Origin: a virus
Strand: one strand, 5' to 3'
IMG/VR virus record: IMGVR_UViG_3300042891_002337
Location: 1 to 64,000 of that record
DNA length: 64,000 bases
The notes under the pieces are model-generated. The model was not told the DNA's origin and ran no database searches. It was given only the letters and a program-made list of their open reading frames with translations. Shown one piece after another: positions 10,222 through 19,796 of this stretch. A program made the position numbers and the translations under genes. Numbering within the stretch: the stretch's first letter is position 1; every line of letters begins with the position of its first letter.

Positions 10222-11177
10222 TAGTCCTTCTCTACGAGAGGTGGAACTCCCATGACACGAGGATTACCTGAACCTGGTGACCTTCTCATTGCAGCCTTCA
10301 ACTGAGATTTCAGGGCCTTCAATGCCATTGTGAATGCATGCCTGCTTTCTGAACCCGGTTCCTGGTACGACCTTATTCTTTCCATATCCTCTATTCTGGC
10401 TTCGATGTCTGCAACGTGCGCCTTTGATCCAAAGGGAACAACTCTTCCAGACGAGACAGGGACATCCACCTCACGAATTCTGGTCTTGACTCCTTCACCA
10501 ACAACTATGGGAGGAACAGCACCAACTGCCACCTTCTTCGATTGCTGTGCTTGTTGAGGCTTATCACTCACAGGTTTGGAAGCAGGTTTTGAAGAGCTGG
10601 GACCTGATATCTTTATAGAGTACGTGTCAAGTGGACTTGGCACTTCAACAGCCTTTTCACCGCCGAGAACTATCTTTGCAATTCCATCGCTGAATGCAAA
10701 GAACGCTTTCCTTTCTTCAGGAGAAAGAGCATCGATGTAAGTCCGAAGCTGTTTCGAAACCTCCTCATCCTTTAGCGACTTTCCTGCTCGAATAAAATTG
10801 AGCCTCGATATCACATCGTCTGATTTCACTTCTTCGTCAGGAGATTTTGAAGCTGCAGCAAGTTTCTTTGCACCAGGTAGCTTTCCACCTTTCTTTGACT
10901 TGCTGTCTCCGCCACCCTTGTCCCCTGATTCGGAATCTCCGCCTTCATCGCCCTTATCTTCTTTGCTGGTGTCGTCTTCGCCTTCGTCTCCCTTGTCCTC
11001 TTCATCGCCACCAAACAGGCCTTCCTCATCAAGCTCTTTCTTCTCTTTTGTGGCGGAAAGCTTAGATAGCTCCTTCTTCATCTTCTTCTGATGACTAATC
11101 TCCTTCTGAGATGCACTGTCAGTCTCATGAAGATTCTTCAGAAGTATCCTGAGTTCGAGAGAATTTAGCGGCCTCAC
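10221..11177 (-). CDS. Hypothetical protein with acidic low-complexity region
   Basis: 318 aa; D/E/G/K-rich segment; coupled overlaps. Confidence 0.75.
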   Translation of the reverse strand: MRPLNSLELRILLKNLHETDSASQKEISHQKKMKKELSKLSATKEKKELDEEGLFGGDEEDKGDEGEDDTSKEDKGDEGGDSESGDKGGGDSKSKKGGKLPGAKKLAAASKSPDEEVKSDDVISRLNFIRAGKSLKDEEVSKQLRTYIDALSPEERKAFFAFSDGIAKIVLGGEKAVEVPSPLDTYSIKISGPSSSKPASKPVSDKPQQAQQSKKVAVGAVPPIVVGEGVKTRIREVDVPVSSGRVVPFGSKAHVADIEARIEDMERIRSYQEPGSESRHAFTMALKALKSQLKAAMRRSPGSGNPRVMGVPPLVEKD

Positions 11178-11344
11178 CGGTACCTCACTCTATTCTGTGG
11201 AAGCTCTTGGTACTTTTGCACACGCTGGCGCTGCAGTGTCTGCTCATCAGTTTCCTGTGTTTGGCGTGACTGTTCATGGCGTGTAATGTTCTCCATGAAC
11301 TTGTCAAACTCAAAAGATGGGTTTTCGTGATTATCGTTTTCCAT
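11174..11344 (-). CDS. Small hypothetical protein (MENDNHEN...)
   Basis: Fits operon packing. Confidence 0.55.
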   Translation of the reverse strand: MENDNHENPSFEFDKFMENITRHEQSRQTQETDEQTLQRQRVQKYQELPQNRVRYR

Positions 11345-11348
11345 GTCT

Positions 11349-11705
11349 CTAAGTATCTCCGTCCAACACGAAAGAAAGTTCGAAGTTTGATTCGACAAAA
11401 TTGAGAGAAGCACCTGTGACGGTTCCTCCCAGAGAGAAGTTTCCAAGTTCAACTTGACACTTCCCAATAATCTTCAAGATATCAGCAGGTGAAAGATCAC
11501 ATGTGGGCTTGACGACAACCTTCACAATATTGAGGTCAAGGGCTGTGGATACAGATATCAGGTTTCCCTGTATCTCCCTTTCAGAGAATTTGCCGACAAA
11601 GCTTTCTGAGCTTCCGGAAAGTCTCTCAAGAAAACCGTCAGATGCTAAAATCTGTCCGTCCGCCTGGTTCAGGTAATCTGAACGATGCTTGCTTGAAAAG
11701 CTCAT
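11349..11705 (-). CDS. Hypothetical protein (start uncertain)
   Basis: Fills the gap; N-terminus overlaps the upstream gene. Confidence 0.5.
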   Translation of the reverse strand: MSFSSKHRSDYLNQADGQILASDGFLERLSGSSESFVGKFSEREIQGNLISVSTALDLNIVKVVVKPTCDLSPADILKIIGKCQVELGNFSLGGTVTGASLNFVESNFELSFVLDGDT

Positions 11706-12057
11706 CTACTTGTCTCGCATAATCTAAATCTATTCTAGTAACTCTATTGAGGTCCTTTGTATAGATCTCAACTGAAACTTGATCGTGGTCTATGATGTGC
11801 ATTCCATGATGTTGGATGCTATCCTCATAGTCTAGCAACAAAGAAACAAACTGGGATAGTGAAGACCTGTCAATAAAAGTGAACACCCTTCTAATTCTCT
11901 CTGGGTCTTTGAGCCTTTCCCAGCCTGACTTCGTTGGAATTACAGGCAGACTAAAGCTTTCCTCAATCCTTGGTGGTAGGTCAAGGGTCCTTCGATGAGA
12001 TTGATTTTCTCTATCAAAGTACTCCTGCAATAGGGATGAGACTTTCATGTCCCTCAC
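11638..12057 (-). CDS. Pterin-4a-carbinolamine dehydratase (PCD/PhhB)-like protein with N-terminal extension
   Basis: GW...IRRVFTF....SQFV...EDSIQHH...VSVEIYTKD...VTRIDLDYARQVD. Confidence 0.8.
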   Translation of the reverse strand: MRDMKVSSLLQEYFDRENQSHRRTLDLPPRIEESFSLPVIPTKSGWERLKDPERIRRVFTFIDRSSLSQFVSLLLDYEDSIQHHGMHIIDHDQVSVEIYTKDLNRVTRIDLDYARQVDELFKQASFRLPEPGGRTDFSI

Positions 12058-12395
12058 TCACTTTCAGCGTTGATGATCTTGTCGAGAAGATTGTTGAATG
12101 ACCTGTAGAATTCAGCAACCTTTTCTTGTGGGACCGCCTCACCAAGGATTGCGAGCGCCTTTCCAAGCTCCTTTGGATTTGCTGGAACGAATTCGTCGTC
12201 CTCCACAGGTGGCCTCTGTTGAGAAAGCTGATTTGCAACATCTCCTGCCGGAGATATCGGTAAGCTTGATGGAAGGCCTGGTGCCTGTTTGTCATCACGA
12301 CCTGACCTTCCACTTGTCTCGTCAGAGATTCCAAGAGCTTCTCTAACCAGTTTTCTGATTTCTCCAGGTGTCGTCACGACTTTCATGTTCTTCAT
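12054..12395 (-). CDS. Hypothetical late protein (EIRKLVREAL leader)
   Basis: Late-type box CTATTTA at 12419-12425. Confidence 0.7.
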   Translation of the reverse strand: MKNMKVVTTPGEIRKLVREALGISDETSGRSGRDDKQAPGLPSSLPISPAGDVANQLSQQRPPVEDDEFVPANPKELGKALAILGEAVPQEKVAEFYRSFNNLLDKIINAESE

Positions 12396-12441
12396 TGAGC
12401 ACGCTCTCTTTCAAATGTTAAATAGTAGACTTCAAGCAAAG

Positions 12442-12645
12442 TCAATTGAACGTGTCATCAGCTTTGTGAGGAACTCTCACAACATGTGTCACTTTGTGAC
12501 GATCAAGGTCATCAGCAACCTTTTTGAAGGTTTCGACAACTCCATTGATGGCATTCGTAAGCTTTATGATGTCTTCCCTCTTGACATTGCCTGGCCTTCT
12601 TTCAAAGAATTGCGTCACGATGAAGTCAAGTAGAAGCATTTCCAA
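12442..12645 (-). CDS. Small hypothetical protein
   Basis: 67 aa, fits packing. Confidence 0.5.
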   Translation of the reverse strand: MEMLLLDFIVTQFFERRPGNVKREDIIKLTNAINGVVETFKKVADDLDRHKVTHVVRVPHKADDTFN

Positions 12646-12895
12646 GCTCCTCTATAATCTTGTAAAGAGCGTCCTGCTCATTGTTGGACAGTCTACGAAT
12701 TTTCTTCGTCTTCTTTCCTGTCTCAAGGTCATTCACAATCTTGAGTGCTGTCTCATCACCGTCCAAAAACTTGCAAACAAATGTCTCTACCACTTCCTGC
12801 ATTGTCAGTCCCCTCTTTGCACACTCTACTTTGAGGTGACTGTGAATATCGTCGAGGAGATGTATGTGAACCGGTTTCCTTGCTACTTCCTTCAT
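12626..12895 (-). CDS. Ribbon-helix-helix DNA-binding protein
   Basis: KPVHIHLLDDIHSHLKVECAKRGLTMQEVV is a CopG/ParG-like pattern. Confidence 0.65.
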   Translation of the reverse strand: MKEVARKPVHIHLLDDIHSHLKVECAKRGLTMQEVVETFVCKFLDGDETALKIVNDLETGKKTKKIRRLSNNEQDALYKIIEELGNAST

Positions 12896-13377
12896 GCACC
12901 ACCTGCTGCCGAGGCAGAGGCCCCAACAGCAAGCGTCGGCTCAGGCGGAAGGTCGCTCTTTGGAGCGTCAGCCGTTATGCCATAGTTCGTTTCGAGGCTC
13001 TGCTTAACCTTATCAAGAGTGCCCTGATCGTATCTCTTGAGAATGAACTTCTCCATTCTCTTTATGATCTTGCCCTTCAGATCAATAAGAGTATCTGCGT
13101 TCATCACAATTCGAGCTACTTCATTTGAGAAAGCCTCAGGGTCGAGGGGAGGAACTTTTTCAACCTCAGCTTCAACAAGGAATCTCAATGAGCCCCTGCG
13201 TAAAGACTCGCCCATTGAGATGCTTGCCTGCTTCTTGCCTGATTGAACTGCAGATCTCTCAGCTTTTGTAAGCATCTGTTCGATCTGGTTGTCTATGCTG
13301 GATTCGTCTGGTGAACTTTCAGCATCCTTGCTCTCGTCTGCCTCTCTCAGGAAGTACCTGATGTGCGGGGCTTTCAT
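12892..13377 (-). CDS. Hypothetical protein
   Basis: 161 aa; ATGA overlaps. Confidence 0.7.
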   Translation of the reverse strand: MKAPHIRYFLREADESKDAESSPDESSIDNQIEQMLTKAERSAVQSGKKQASISMGESLRRGSLRFLVEAEVEKVPPLDPEAFSNEVARIVMNADTLIDLKGKIIKRMEKFILKRYDQGTLDKVKQSLETNYGITADAPKSDLPPEPTLAVGASASAAGGA

Positions 13378-14075
13378 GACATCACCTTGATCATCTTGTC
13401 AATTTTCTCGAACCTTTCATCTATCCTTGTCCACCTGAGTTCTCTCATCATTGCGAAGACATAGGACTTTCGATCCTTCAAGAAGTCGCTGTAATATGAG
13501 TGTTCCCATGCATCAACGACTATCACTGGGTGACATCCGAACGGAACATTCAGGCAATGAAGGTCAACTACAACATTGATGTACCTCTTCAGGAATGTAT
13601 TGTAACAAGTTACTGCCCATCCATTCCTTGCCGACAGCGCGCACGCAATGAAGTCCTTCTGCCAGGCATCAAATGTTCCAAAGTCTCGCTCCAGTCTCAT
13701 GAAAGCGAGAGAATCCATTGTGATTTTTGAGCTGACATCACCGATGTTTTCAAAGAACATCCCATGAAGGAAAGCAGCGTTGAGATTGTGAGACTCATCA
13801 AGCTTCAAATTCCTGAACTGGCTGTTGTTTGGATTGGCACCGTCACGATCTGCCGTGTCAAGCTCAGCAGAAACCCTGTTCAGTGCCTCAACATACCCAG
13901 CAAGAAGCTCCTGATGAGCTTTCTTGTTCTCTTCTGAGAGTGATTCTGTCTTAATGTCAAAGGTCTTGGTAGCTACAGAATATGCCTCTTGGAGCTTCCT
14001 TACAGGCTCATTCTTTTGTTTTGCTTCGGCGACGGCTTGGGCCACCAGCTTGTTTATGATGTTTCCCTTCATCAC
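13374..14075 (-). CDS. sod: Fe/Mn superoxide dismutase with N-terminal extension
   Basis: DAWEHSYY signature; LHGMFFENI; AH..LLAGYVEALN; DFGTFDAWQKDF. Confidence 0.9.
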   Translation of the reverse strand: MMKGNIINKLVAQAVAEAKQKNEPVRKLQEAYSVATKTFDIKTESLSEENKKAHQELLAGYVEALNRVSAELDTADRDGANPNNSQFRNLKLDESHNLNAAFLHGMFFENIGDVSSKITMDSLAFMRLERDFGTFDAWQKDFIACALSARNGWAVTCYNTFLKRYINVVVDLHCLNVPFGCHPVIVVDAWEHSYYSDFLKDRKSYVFAMMRELRWTRIDERFEKIDKMIKVMS

Positions 14076-14518
14076 GCCTCCTCATAATCTTTTTCAAATT
14101 CTTTCTGATCAATCACAAAGATGACCTCACCAGATTCCTTTGGTTCCTTTGAAGCCTTTGGGTAAGCCTTCTTACCGACATCCTTCATGTCCTCGGTTTC
14201 CTCGTCCTCATCAGATTCAGCTTGAAATTGCTGAACGGCAGGCTTGGTCGTTATGGGACCTGCTTCGGGTGGAGGCTTCACACGTGGCGTCTCGGGGGAA
14301 CGAAGTGTCACCTTTGCAGATCCATTCTTACCATCAACGCTATCAATAGTGTAAATGAACCCTGATGGTTTGTGCTTGACCTTTAGGTCCTTGTCGATCA
14401 CTAGAACCCCTCTAGAGTCAAAGAGGTCGACCTCGTTGATGGCTGTCTTGATGCTTCTCTCGTACTCCTCTTTCATGAGGAGTCTTATCTCACGACTACC
14501 AAACTTCTTTGTTTTCAT
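14072..14518 (-). CDS. Hypothetical protein (EIRLLMKEE leader)
   Basis: ATG at 14518 overlapping the upstream stop. Confidence 0.7.
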   Translation of the reverse strand: MKTKKFGSREIRLLMKEEYERSIKTAINEVDLFDSRGVLVIDKDLKVKHKPSGFIYTIDSVDGKNGSAKVTLRSPETPRVKPPPEAGPITTKPAVQQFQAESDEDEETEDMKDVGKKAYPKASKEPKESGEVIFVIDQKEFEKDYEEA

Positions 14519-16470
14519 AGGATCCCCGCAAGCTTTTGCCATCTTTCGACAATCACCAATTCTTTTGAGTCAACACTTTCAAGTTTCATGCCCTTGATGG
14601 ATTCCTGAGAGTCTTTGATAGCTGCTACCAAAGCGGCTCTATTAGTCTTACCGCCCTTGCCTGATGCGTAACTGTCAAGTACTGTCTTCAACTTCATGAG
14701 AGATGCTTTGATCTTCTCACCGGAAGGGTCAAGCTTCTTCTTAATGCTTGCGTCTGAGTTGAACAGGATTGAGCTCAATGACTTTCCTCCTGCCTCAGGA
14801 GCTCCTTCTTCTGAGCTTCCCTTCTCACTTGCAAGCTTTTCAAGACCCATCGCTTTCCAAGACTTCGGATTATCAATTCCTCCGTATTTTTCAAGCTTCG
14901 CAAATGCTGCACTGTAAGTCTTTTCATCAGAACCAGCTTCCTCAAGGCCCTTAATGAATTCATTCTGAATTGCACTTTGGCTCTTGTCAGCAGGGGCATC
15001 AATAAAGTCGCGCATGAGCTCTTCAAGCTTGTCTAGCGGAACTCCAAAGTCGATCTCAACCTTCGGGGCAGACTTCTTTATGGACTTCAGGGTCGAGTCA
15101 AGGTCTTCCCACCCATTTTCATAATCCTTCGCAAGTGTCTCAAAAGCAATTCGAGTCTTCTCACCAAGCTTGCCCATTGAAGCAAAGTCATTCGACTTTT
15201 CTATCTTGTCAAGAAGTGTCTCAGCAATAGTCGCGTCCTTGTCTGGCATCTCACCGGACTCGGTCTTGTACTTTATCATTGACTTGAGGTCTTTGATTCT
15301 CTTCTTTGCTTCGACGAACGCTTCCTCAGACTTTTCAGGTGTAAGAGCGCCACCGCTCTCCTTTCCAGCGCCAGCTTCCTTTGCATCCTCAAGGGTGGCA
15401 TCAAGGTCTTCGAATTTATTCGCTGCAACCTTCAATATCGGGTCATCAAGGACCTGCTGTCCCTTGGGACCGAGATTGTTGACAAGGTTTTCATACGTCT
15501 CTTTCGGATTTCCAGTGAATTGACCAAGGACCTTCATGGCGATCGAGTATGTGTTCTTTTCGATCTCTCCATTGTCAAGCATAAACTTAAAGGCAGCCTT
15601 GTAGTCATCTACCCGCTTGGACGCAAGATCTACAAGCTTCTTTTTCTTATCATCAAGTACTAGCTTGCCTTCTTCAGCGGCCTCAGCAGGTGTTTCTTGA
15701 CCCTGTTCCTGCGCACTCTTTGCAATGTTGGGGTCGATTTTAGGACTTGATACAACTGTCCCCTGTATGTCTCTCTGTCCTGCAAAGTTCCTGTCAGTAG
15801 CTATAGCAAGCGCTTTCTCTGGGTCCTCTCCTATGGAAAGAATTGCAGTACGCCAATTAGGATAAAGTCCTGACAGTCTGTCTTCAAGGCCCTTCCTGCC
15901 TTCCTTGAACTTTTCAATAGCCCTCTGTAGGAATGGAAGTTTGGATATCTTGTTCGATATTACAGCCTGTGAGTCTTTGATTGCCTTTTGAAAGATATCA
16001 GTAAACTTGATATCGCTGGCTTTTTGACCCGCCTTGATTTTCGCCTGAGCTGCGACCGCATACCTGTCAACGCTCATCACGATAAGGGCATGAAGCTCTT
16101 CAGCAGTCTTGAAGTCACTAAGTGCCTCTGGTGTGTCAGGATCCTGAACGTGATCCGACACCTTTTTAGTGATTTCATTGAACATTGTTTGCATTTTCTC
16201 AGGCATTGCCTTAACGCTCTTGAAGCCGTTGAATGCATCAAGGGTTGCGTCCATTGCCTTCGGCATCATTCCTGCAAGCTGCTTGTCTTCTTTCGCTTGA
16301 GGAGCACCTTCGCCACCCTCAGTGCCCTCTTCCTCTGCGTCAGCTTCAAGCATGTCCAGACCAGACTCAAGGAGGAATCCCATGGAGCCCTCGAAAAGCG
16401 ACCTGTTGATGTTCCTGGCAGCACGGATGCGCCGCTGTTGTTCAAGTAGATAGTTCAGTCCGACACTCAT
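14515..16470 (-). CDS. Large charged helical late protein ending RWQKLAGIL
   Basis: About 651 aa; late box ATAGTTA exactly 5 nt upstream of ATG 16470. Confidence 0.8.
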   Translation of the reverse strand: MSVGLNYLLEQQRRIRAARNINRSLFEGSMGFLLESGLDMLEADAEEEGTEGGEGAPQAKEDKQLAGMMPKAMDATLDAFNGFKSVKAMPEKMQTMFNEITKKVSDHVQDPDTPEALSDFKTAEELHALIVMSVDRYAVAAQAKIKAGQKASDIKFTDIFQKAIKDSQAVISNKISKLPFLQRAIEKFKEGRKGLEDRLSGLYPNWRTAILSIGEDPEKALAIATDRNFAGQRDIQGTVVSSPKIDPNIAKSAQEQGQETPAEAAEEGKLVLDDKKKKLVDLASKRVDDYKAAFKFMLDNGEIEKNTYSIAMKVLGQFTGNPKETYENLVNNLGPKGQQVLDDPILKVAANKFEDLDATLEDAKEAGAGKESGGALTPEKSEEAFVEAKKRIKDLKSMIKYKTESGEMPDKDATIAETLLDKIEKSNDFASMGKLGEKTRIAFETLAKDYENGWEDLDSTLKSIKKSAPKVEIDFGVPLDKLEELMRDFIDAPADKSQSAIQNEFIKGLEEAGSDEKTYSAAFAKLEKYGGIDNPKSWKAMGLEKLASEKGSSEEGAPEAGGKSLSSILFNSDASIKKKLDPSGEKIKASLMKLKTVLDSYASGKGGKTNRAALVAAIKDSQESIKGMKLESVDSKELVIVERWQKLAGIL

Positions 16471-16496
16471 GGAACTAACTATCACTCACCGGCACG

Positions 16497-16985
16497 TTAT
16501 TGCGACTGTCGAACGACAATGCCTGACTGTTTCAGGACTTCAATTCCTGATTCATCGCGGTACTTCTTGTTATAGACAACCTCTCGAATTCCTCCGTTCA
16601 CGATTGCCTTTGCGCAAAGCTTGCAAGGAGAGACCGTGAGGTACATCTTCTTTGGCTTTGGATGATTGAAGTCACACTTGATGAGGGCATTGATCTCTGC
16701 ATGAATGAATCCTGATTGTCCTGGCTCATGAGACTCAACTTCGTTGGGACCGCCCTTGTGGTCTCCGTTGTATCCAACAGCGAGGACCTGAGTGTTGTCT
16801 TCAGTCACAATCACGGCGCCCACTTGGGTACGCGGATCGAGGGATCGACCTGATATGATCCTCGCCATTTCAATCCACACCTGGTCCCAGGTTGGCCTCT
16901 CGGATTCACTCGGATTCTTCAGGTGATCAACAAAATCGCTGTGTGTGGTAACCATCATCAAGTTTCTCGATTCATCCTGTTGCAT
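16497..16985 (-). CDS. dCMP deaminase
   Basis: VGAVIV, GYNG, HAEINAL, SPCKLC; start approximate. Confidence 0.92.
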   Translation of the reverse strand: MQQDESRNLMMVTTHSDFVDHLKNPSESERPTWDQVWIEMARIISGRSLDPRTQVGAVIVTEDNTQVLAVGYNGDHKGGPNEVESHEPGQSGFIHAEINALIKCDFNHPKPKKMYLTVSPCKLCAKAIVNGGIREVVYNKKYRDESGIEVLKQSGIVVRQSQ

Positions 16986-17817
16986 CTGGTTCAAATAGGG
17001 TCTCAATGCTGGCTCCCGGTGGAAGGGCAAATCCGGCTGCCTTGCGATGGCCGCCACCTCCGAACTTCTTAGCAACCTCACTCACGTCAGAATCCTCATG
17101 GTGTGCCCTGAGGCTCACCTTCACCTGTCGGGTCTCATGGTCGTAGTACCAGATCACGGCGAAGTCGCACTTGGGTGAGAGGGCATTTCCAATCTCTGAC
17201 ATCCAGTGGGAAGAGTTCACAACCAGGACGTCCTTGCCTCCCATCTTTCTGGGAGATGCATGCTTGGAGATCTTTGAGATTACTGTCTTGGAATAGGCGA
17301 GAATGTAGGCTCCCCTCTCCTGAGCATTGTCCACCTCAGAATCGTCGAGGTACTTGTCGAACTCCTCGAAGTCGAACTTCACCATGTCGAATGCTGCAGA
17401 GAACTCCTTGGAGTAGGGGATCTCCCACTTCCAGAGGTCACGGTCTTCAATGAACTTGATGAGACGAGGTGCTTCCTTACCGGGATGGAAGAACTTCCAA
17501 GCCAGCATCGCCCCGCTGTGGTTCATGTCGAACCTGGTGCAGGAGACATCATGAAGCTCAACCATCGCTGACTTGTGGTGGTCGATGATGAGGAAGTTCT
17601 TGGCCTCCTTCATCAAGCGCTTTGTGGTGGCATTGTCGTACGAGAAGTCAAGTACAACAACATTCTTTCCCATCACATCAGGAGGTGTCTCACCGTACTT
17701 TGCTGCGTGGTATGTTGCCCTGTCACCGAGGAGCTTCCATGCTGAGTATGCCGCTCCGAATCCGTCTGTGCATGCCGCGTGATAGATAACGAGATCTACG
17801 CTATGGGGGTCCAACAT
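16972..17817 (-). CDS. DHH/DHHA1 phosphoesterase (NrnB-like)
   Basis: YH..CTDG, LDFS, IDHH, DRDLW, SLR, FGGGGH..AAGF. Confidence 0.9.
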   Translation of the reverse strand: MLDPHSVDLVIYHAACTDGFGAAYSAWKLLGDRATYHAAKYGETPPDVMGKNVVVLDFSYDNATTKRLMKEAKNFLIIDHHKSAMVELHDVSCTRFDMNHSGAMLAWKFFHPGKEAPRLIKFIEDRDLWKWEIPYSKEFSAAFDMVKFDFEEFDKYLDDSEVDNAQERGAYILAYSKTVISKISKHASPRKMGGKDVLVVNSSHWMSEIGNALSPKCDFAVIWYYDHETRQVKVSLRAHHEDSDVSEVAKKFGGGGHRKAAGFALPPGASIETLFEPDATG

Positions 17818-17838
17818 GTTCTCCGTGGATGCTGGTGT

Positions 17839-18414
17839 TCAGTTCATCGTTTCAGCAACGACAGGATGACAGTTCCAACACATCGGCTCATAACTATCAG
17901 CGCCTCCGACTGAGATCTCTTCCAGTGAGGGAACTCGACGATGCGTGAGAGCAGCATCCTCACCACACATCATGCAAACAGCAGTGCACTTCTCAATTCG
18001 AGTTGCGAAGGGCATCATCCTCTCGATCTCACCGAATGACTTCAGGTTTGCCGAGAGTTCGATGGATGACACGTAGACTGAGATTCCCATACGGAACACT
18101 TCAACGAGTGCATCGGCACAGCCCTCGATCATGAATGCCTCATCGACTGCCACGACTCCGGGCTTGCGATCACGGACATGTTGAAGTATCTGGCTGCCTG
18201 TGCTCACAGGGACGGCGTCCATCCTTGAGCCGGAATGCGTGACAATTGAGCTGTCTGCATACCTGCCATCGATCTCTGGCTTGAAACAGAGGACCTCCGT
18301 ACGTCGAATCCTGTGCCTTTCGACCGCCGCCGTGAGCCGGGTGGTCTTTCCTGACCACATCGGCCCTGTGTAGATTACGAACTCCCTTACCTTATTTCGC
18401 TCGACCATAGTCAT
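17839..18414 (-). CDS. tdk: Thymidine kinase
   Basis: GPMWSGKT, KPEIDGRY, VDEAF, Zn cysteines, VGGADSYEPMC..C. Confidence 0.92.
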   Translation of the reverse strand: MTMVERNKVREFVIYTGPMWSGKTTRLTAAVERHRIRRTEVLCFKPEIDGRYADSSIVTHSGSRMDAVPVSTGSQILQHVRDRKPGVVAVDEAFMIEGCADALVEVFRMGISVYVSSIELSANLKSFGEIERMMPFATRIEKCTAVCMMCGEDAALTHRRVPSLEEISVGGADSYEPMCWNCHPVVAETMN

Positions 18415-18790
18415 CCTCCAGCCTCACAGGACAATTGTCATTCCTGTCGCCGATCTCAATTATGACGCTCTCTTCTAGAGCCTCAATCCTGTATGGACAT
18501 TCTGATTGTACATTAAGGACTTCACCAGGTACAAGGACTTTTGTACTATAAGGATACTTTTCTTCATTTTCTAGGGTCCGAGAATTCCCGTATGTGACCC
18601 TCACACGACCCTTAAGCACAAAGAAGACTTCGTTCTTGACCTTGTGGTACTTGAGACTTGTCCTGTGACCCTCATAGATTGTGATCTGCTTTCCATGAAC
18701 TATCGAATTCGTGTGCCAGTGCCATGTGTATCCCCATGGCTTTTCTTCCTTCACCGACTGTGAAGGCCATGCTTCCTTTGGAGCAGCCAT
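18392..18790 (-). CDS. Cupin, mannose-6-phosphate isomerase type II-like
   Basis: EKPWG, RTSLKYH..KNEVFFVLKG, VRLEDDYGR. Confidence 0.8.
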   Translation of the reverse strand: MAAPKEAWPSQSVKEEKPWGYTWHWHTNSIVHGKQITIYEGHRTSLKYHKVKNEVFFVLKGRVRVTYGNSRTLENEEKYPYSTKVLVPGEVLNVQSECPYRIEALEESVIIEIGDRNDNCPVRLEDDYGRAK

Positions 18791-19788
18791 CAGATCCCCC
18801 ACCAATTCCAAGTTTGCTCAAGTCCGTCATGAATGTTGACCTGCGCCTTGAAGCCAAGCTCTCTCTTGGCTAGGCTAACGTTTGCCATTGTCTTTCTGAC
18901 GTCGCCCTGTCTCCTGGGCGCATGAACAACCTCAATGTTCGGAAACCTCTTCCTAAAGAAGTCCATGATCTGGTTGTTCGTGTATGAGACTGCAGTTCCG
19001 ATATTGATGACCTCACCCCTGAAAGGTTCCTCTCTGGTGGCTGCAAGGATGTTCGCTCTCACTACATCACCGACAAAGACCATGTCCCTAGACTGCTCAC
19101 CGTCGCCGTCAGATCGAAGAGGCTTTCCCTTGTGGATTGCATTGCACCATGCGCTTATTGCAGTTGCGTAGGGTGAGTCTCCTCCCTGCCAGGGACCGTA
19201 CACATTGAAGTACCTGAGACACACAACGTCGAGTCCATGAATCTCAGCAGCGACCTTTGCATACTGCTCAACATAAAGTTTCTGGATTCCGTATGGTGAG
19301 AGTGGGTTGGCCTCACATTTCTCTGAGGTCGGAATCTCTTTCGGGTCGCCGTAGATTGCGCAGCTGGATGAGAAGATCATCCTGACCTTGCTCTTACAGT
19401 CTCTTACAGCCTCAAACAGTGTGAGTGACCTTGTGCAATTCACATCAGTAGTTGCCGCAGGATTGTGAACTGAGTACTCTACCCTTGGGTTTGCCGCGAG
19501 ATGAAAGACCGCATCGTAGAAACCCCTGCGGATTCGAGATAGAATGAACTCATCCTCGATATCACCTTGGACAACAACAACAGTATCATCAGTCCTATTG
19601 TGTTCATGGGTGTCTTCGTACTGCTTTCCGAGGATTCCCATCAGGTTTCGAAGGTTCAGTCCGACAAGGTTTGACACATCACCTGTCGACAAGTCATCGA
19701 CGACATCAACCCTGTGACCGCGGTCAACGAGAGACCTCACAAGGTTTGACCCAATGAAACCACAGCCACCAGTTACAAGCGCTCTCAT
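18790..19788 (-). CDS. NAD-dependent nucleotide-sugar epimerase/dehydratase
   Basis: VTGGCGFIGS, FHLAA, SPYGIQK, LRYFNVYGP, GDGEQSRD. Confidence 0.93.
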   Translation of the reverse strand: MRALVTGGCGFIGSNLVRSLVDRGHRVDVVDDLSTGDVSNLVGLNLRNLMGILGKQYEDTHEHNRTDDTVVVVQGDIEDEFILSRIRRGFYDAVFHLAANPRVEYSVHNPAATTDVNCTRSLTLFEAVRDCKSKVRMIFSSSCAIYGDPKEIPTSEKCEANPLSPYGIQKLYVEQYAKVAAEIHGLDVVCLRYFNVYGPWQGGDSPYATAISAWCNAIHKGKPLRSDGDGEQSRDMVFVGDVVRANILAATREEPFRGEVINIGTAVSYTNNQIMDFFRKRFPNIEVVHAPRRQGDVRKTMANVSLAKRELGFKAQVNIHDGLEQTWNWWGI

Positions 19789-19796
19789 GTTCTCCT

